A DNA stretch of 17,375 nucleotides from Snowella sp. (GTDB taxonomy: Bacteria; Cyanobacteriota; Cyanobacteriia; Cyanobacteriales; Microcystaceae), in assembly GCA_035285545.1 (NCBI GenBank), contig JAYKGY010000027.1, positions 1 to 17,375 on the forward strand, given 5' to 3'. Positions 15,367 through 17,375 of this stretch are shown here, one piece after another. The notes beneath the pieces were generated by a model. That model saw only the letters and a list, made by a program, of their open reading frames with translations. It was not told the origin of the DNA and made no database searches. The position numbers and the translations under genes are program-made. Numbering within the stretch: position 1 is the stretch's first letter; each line of letters starts with the position of its first letter.

Positions 15367-17148
15367 TTAGATGCCTCCGAATAACCCCATGAGTTTATGT
15401 TTGCGGGCATGTTCTTTGGCAATTTTGGCGCGATAACTTGACCATTCGGCGGATTGATGAAGTTGAATGTAAGCTTGTTTAACTTGGCTTAGAAAATTCA
15501 CTGCTCGATCATAATATTCGGCTTTTTTCTCATTCATGATTTTTTCAGCCCGCTTTTTGCCATTTTGAATAACCCATTCAGGATTGTGGGGTACGGCTGC
15601 TTTCATGACTTTATAGATCGTCTCAAAGTCATAACTCGATAACCCATCAACCGCCGCGATCGCGTCCTCGATTAATCCCTCTTCTAAATAAATATTGGTT
15701 TTAGTTTCATGAATTTTGTAATCCCACTCATGATCATAGGTACGGAGTGAATTCAACAAATCTTCTTTAATCAATGGCCAATCTTCTCCCGCTAATTTCT
15801 TAATTCTGTGATAGTCGGTGAAGGTAGCTTGGGATTGAAAGGCTCTAATTTCGGCAGCTAACACGATATCAGGTTGGTCTAATTCTTGGGCCAGTTCACT
15901 AATCCATTTGGCTAATTGATACCGACAATAACCCTGTAACATTAAGCCTTTCCGCGCAATCTGTAACCCTTGCTCCATCGCGCCTTGAGTGACTAGGGTT
16001 TCGGAAACCGCTAGAGCCTGTTCCATGGTTTGTAATTGCTGACTAGCCGCCTTCATGACTTCATCAATGCGATCCAATTTAGCCAGCATCGTTAAATATT
16101 GTTGGCCTTGCCCCGTTGCCTTGGCTAAACGGAGATATTCTTCGTATCGCTCCTGATTTTCCAGAATTTTGAGACGAATTAATACTAAATTATCAGCATA
16201 ATAGGCGGTTCCTCCTTCCCAAATTTGAGCATTCTGTTCTTCTCCCGCCAAAATTTGTTGTAATGCTCGATTCTCCCAACCTTGGTGTAATGCGGCTAGG
16301 CTCATGGAAAAATCGGCTTTCCATTCATTGCTCCAATGTTCCAAGTTCACCTCTAAATCCACTTTTTCAGAGGATGTAAGCTCAGTGCTTAGAATGGCTT
16401 CCGTCCAGGCTTCATTCAACGAGTCAACTAAAAGGTTATTATCTGCCCCGTATTCATCCAGTTCATCCCAGTTTTTCGCACAGGTGTCGGTAATGGTTTC
16501 TAAAAGCGCGATCGCGTTGTAACCATCTCCCCTTTTTGTAAACATTTGGGCATCTTGAACCAAATCAAACAATTCTTCAGGAACGGGATCCTCATCATCA
16601 TATCCGTACTCATAATCCTCAATAGAACGAACCGCATCTCGCAATAAACGACGTATTTGGCTACGATAGGAACTCGTATCAATCTTGGGAACTTGCTTGG
16701 AACTCGACGGCTTAACGGCAACTGTCCGAGGTGCAATACGATTAACCACGCTTTCAATGCGATTCAATAATTCTGGTTGTTTGTCCACTAATTGCTGAAT
16801 CAATTGTTGGGTTTGTTGCAGATCTAACGGCTCTAATAATTGCGCTAAGCTGGGGCATTCCTCAATTTTATTTGGTTGACGGAGACAGGTTAATAAAGTC
16901 GCGACAATATGTTTACACCACCCGTCATAGTCGTAAGGACAGGTACAATTCGCAGAATCAATCGTATCGTTTTGAAATTCAACACAAACGTCATAGGAAG
17001 CACTACCTTCAACCACTGCCAAAAGCAAGTTATCCCGCAATACCAGAGAGGAAACTGCCCTGCGATAGAAATAATCTTCTCCCCGTTGAAACGATTTGGG
17101 ATTAGCGTAGTTTCGGAGGAGTGTTTCGTCAAATTGAGGCAAAGACAT
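15367..17148 (-). CDS. SWIM zinc-finger domain protein
   Basis: SFQRGEDY, VEGS..Y, CTCPYDYDGWCKH (CxC-xn-CxH), followed by a long helical region. Confidence 0.9.
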   Translation of the reverse strand: MSLPQFDETLLRNYANPKSFQRGEDYFYRRAVSSLVLRDNLLLAVVEGSASYDVCVEFQNDTIDSANCTCPYDYDGWCKHIVATLLTCLRQPNKIEECPSLAQLLEPLDLQQTQQLIQQLVDKQPELLNRIESVVNRIAPRTVAVKPSSSKQVPKIDTSSYRSQIRRLLRDAVRSIEDYEYGYDDEDPVPEELFDLVQDAQMFTKRGDGYNAIALLETITDTCAKNWDELDEYGADNNLLVDSLNEAWTEAILSTELTSSEKVDLEVNLEHWSNEWKADFSMSLAALHQGWENRALQQILAGEEQNAQIWEGGTAYYADNLVLIRLKILENQERYEEYLRLAKATGQGQQYLTMLAKLDRIDEVMKAASQQLQTMEQALAVSETLVTQGAMEQGLQIARKGLMLQGYCRYQLAKWISELAQELDQPDIVLAAEIRAFQSQATFTDYHRIKKLAGEDWPLIKEDLLNSLRTYDHEWDYKIHETKTNIYLEEGLIEDAIAAVDGLSSYDFETIYKVMKAAVPHNPEWVIQNGKKRAEKIMNEKKAEYYDRAVNFLSQVKQAYIQLHQSAEWSSYRAKIAKEHARKHKLMGLFGGI

Positions 17149-17265
17149 AGCAGAGGCGTAAATTAGACTGTAATTTTTATTGTATCTTGATTGCCAAATG
17201 TTAAAGAATTAAGAGTATCAAGCAAATAATGCTAGTCTATAAAAGAGCCAAGGTTAAGGAACAGA

Positions 17266-17375
17266 ATGATGAACCAATGTCCTAAATGCGAGCATCAACG
17301 CATTATCAAAAGTGGATTTGTCAAGGGGAAGCAACGATATAAGTGTAAATCCTGTAATTATCAATTTACTCAAGC
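17266..17375 (+). mobile_element. 5' end of an IS1-like transposase (InsA-type zinc ribbon), partial at window edge
   Basis: MMNQCPKCEHQRIIKSGFVKGKQRYKCKSCNYQFTQ matches CPxC...G..QRYxCxxC. AAGGA RBS upstream. Not in the ORF track. Confidence 0.75.

Larger units (their letters stand above)
219..16515. repeat. Dispersed HIP1 octamers (GCGATCGC)
   Basis: At least 25 copies seen, e.g. 219, 1266, 1349, 2582, 4381, 6118, 9406, 10025, 14122, 16508. Hallmark of many cyanobacterial genomes. Confidence 0.95.

Noticed and set aside
2087..17166. Short alternative-frame or antisense ORFs in the track (e.g. 2087-2290, 5678-5866, 6721-7011, 7726-8022, 8455-8724, 9391-9585, 9570-9761, 10670-10945, 10698-10922, 11196-11483, 11841-12086, 13390-13617, 16304-16522, 16500-16757, 16872-17105, 16890-17132, 16909-17166)
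   Set aside because: All overlap well-supported genes and show no recognisable motifs; treated as shadow ORFs.
17149..17265. Left terminal inverted repeat of the IS1-like element
   Set aside because: The right end lies outside the window, so no terminal repeat or target duplication can be defined.
1..17375. CRISPR array, tRNA or rRNA genes, integrase
   Set aside because: No regularly spaced repeat-spacer units, cloverleaf or rRNA signatures, or recombinase motifs seen by eye.

Overview
Cyanobacterial chromosomal window, with at least 25 HIP1 octamers (GCGATCGC) counted by eye. The left end (1-2876) is an accessory, defence-like block. It holds a PIN/VapC toxin 3' end, an antitoxin-like gene whose coupled PIN toxin appears cut after 7 codons, and an intact DUF433/DUF5615 toxin-antitoxin pair. 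It ends with a convergent HTH-NACHT NTPase that looks C-terminally truncated. The DUF433/DUF5615 pair is bracketed by two unannotated fragments resembling the C-terminal tail of a type IIG restriction-modification gene. The fragments share a 16/17-bp core and are arranged like the two halves of an attachment site, which is the most unusual signal here. Next is an ars cluster (arsR, an internally deleted acr3 remnant, arsC, arsH) with two ArsR-type operators. Housekeeping genes follow: fabZ, lpxA, aas, YlqD-family, DCC1-like, cysQ-like. A GTAG REP hairpin and a candidate 202-bp MITE lie before the DCC1-like gene. The right part holds a LysR regulator divergent from a secreted hypothetical gene and a DUF4079 gene. 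After these come iscA, a TPR gene, a CxCxxC protein, a SWIM protein and the start of an IS1-like transposase. Family assignments are from motif recognition only; no searches were run.
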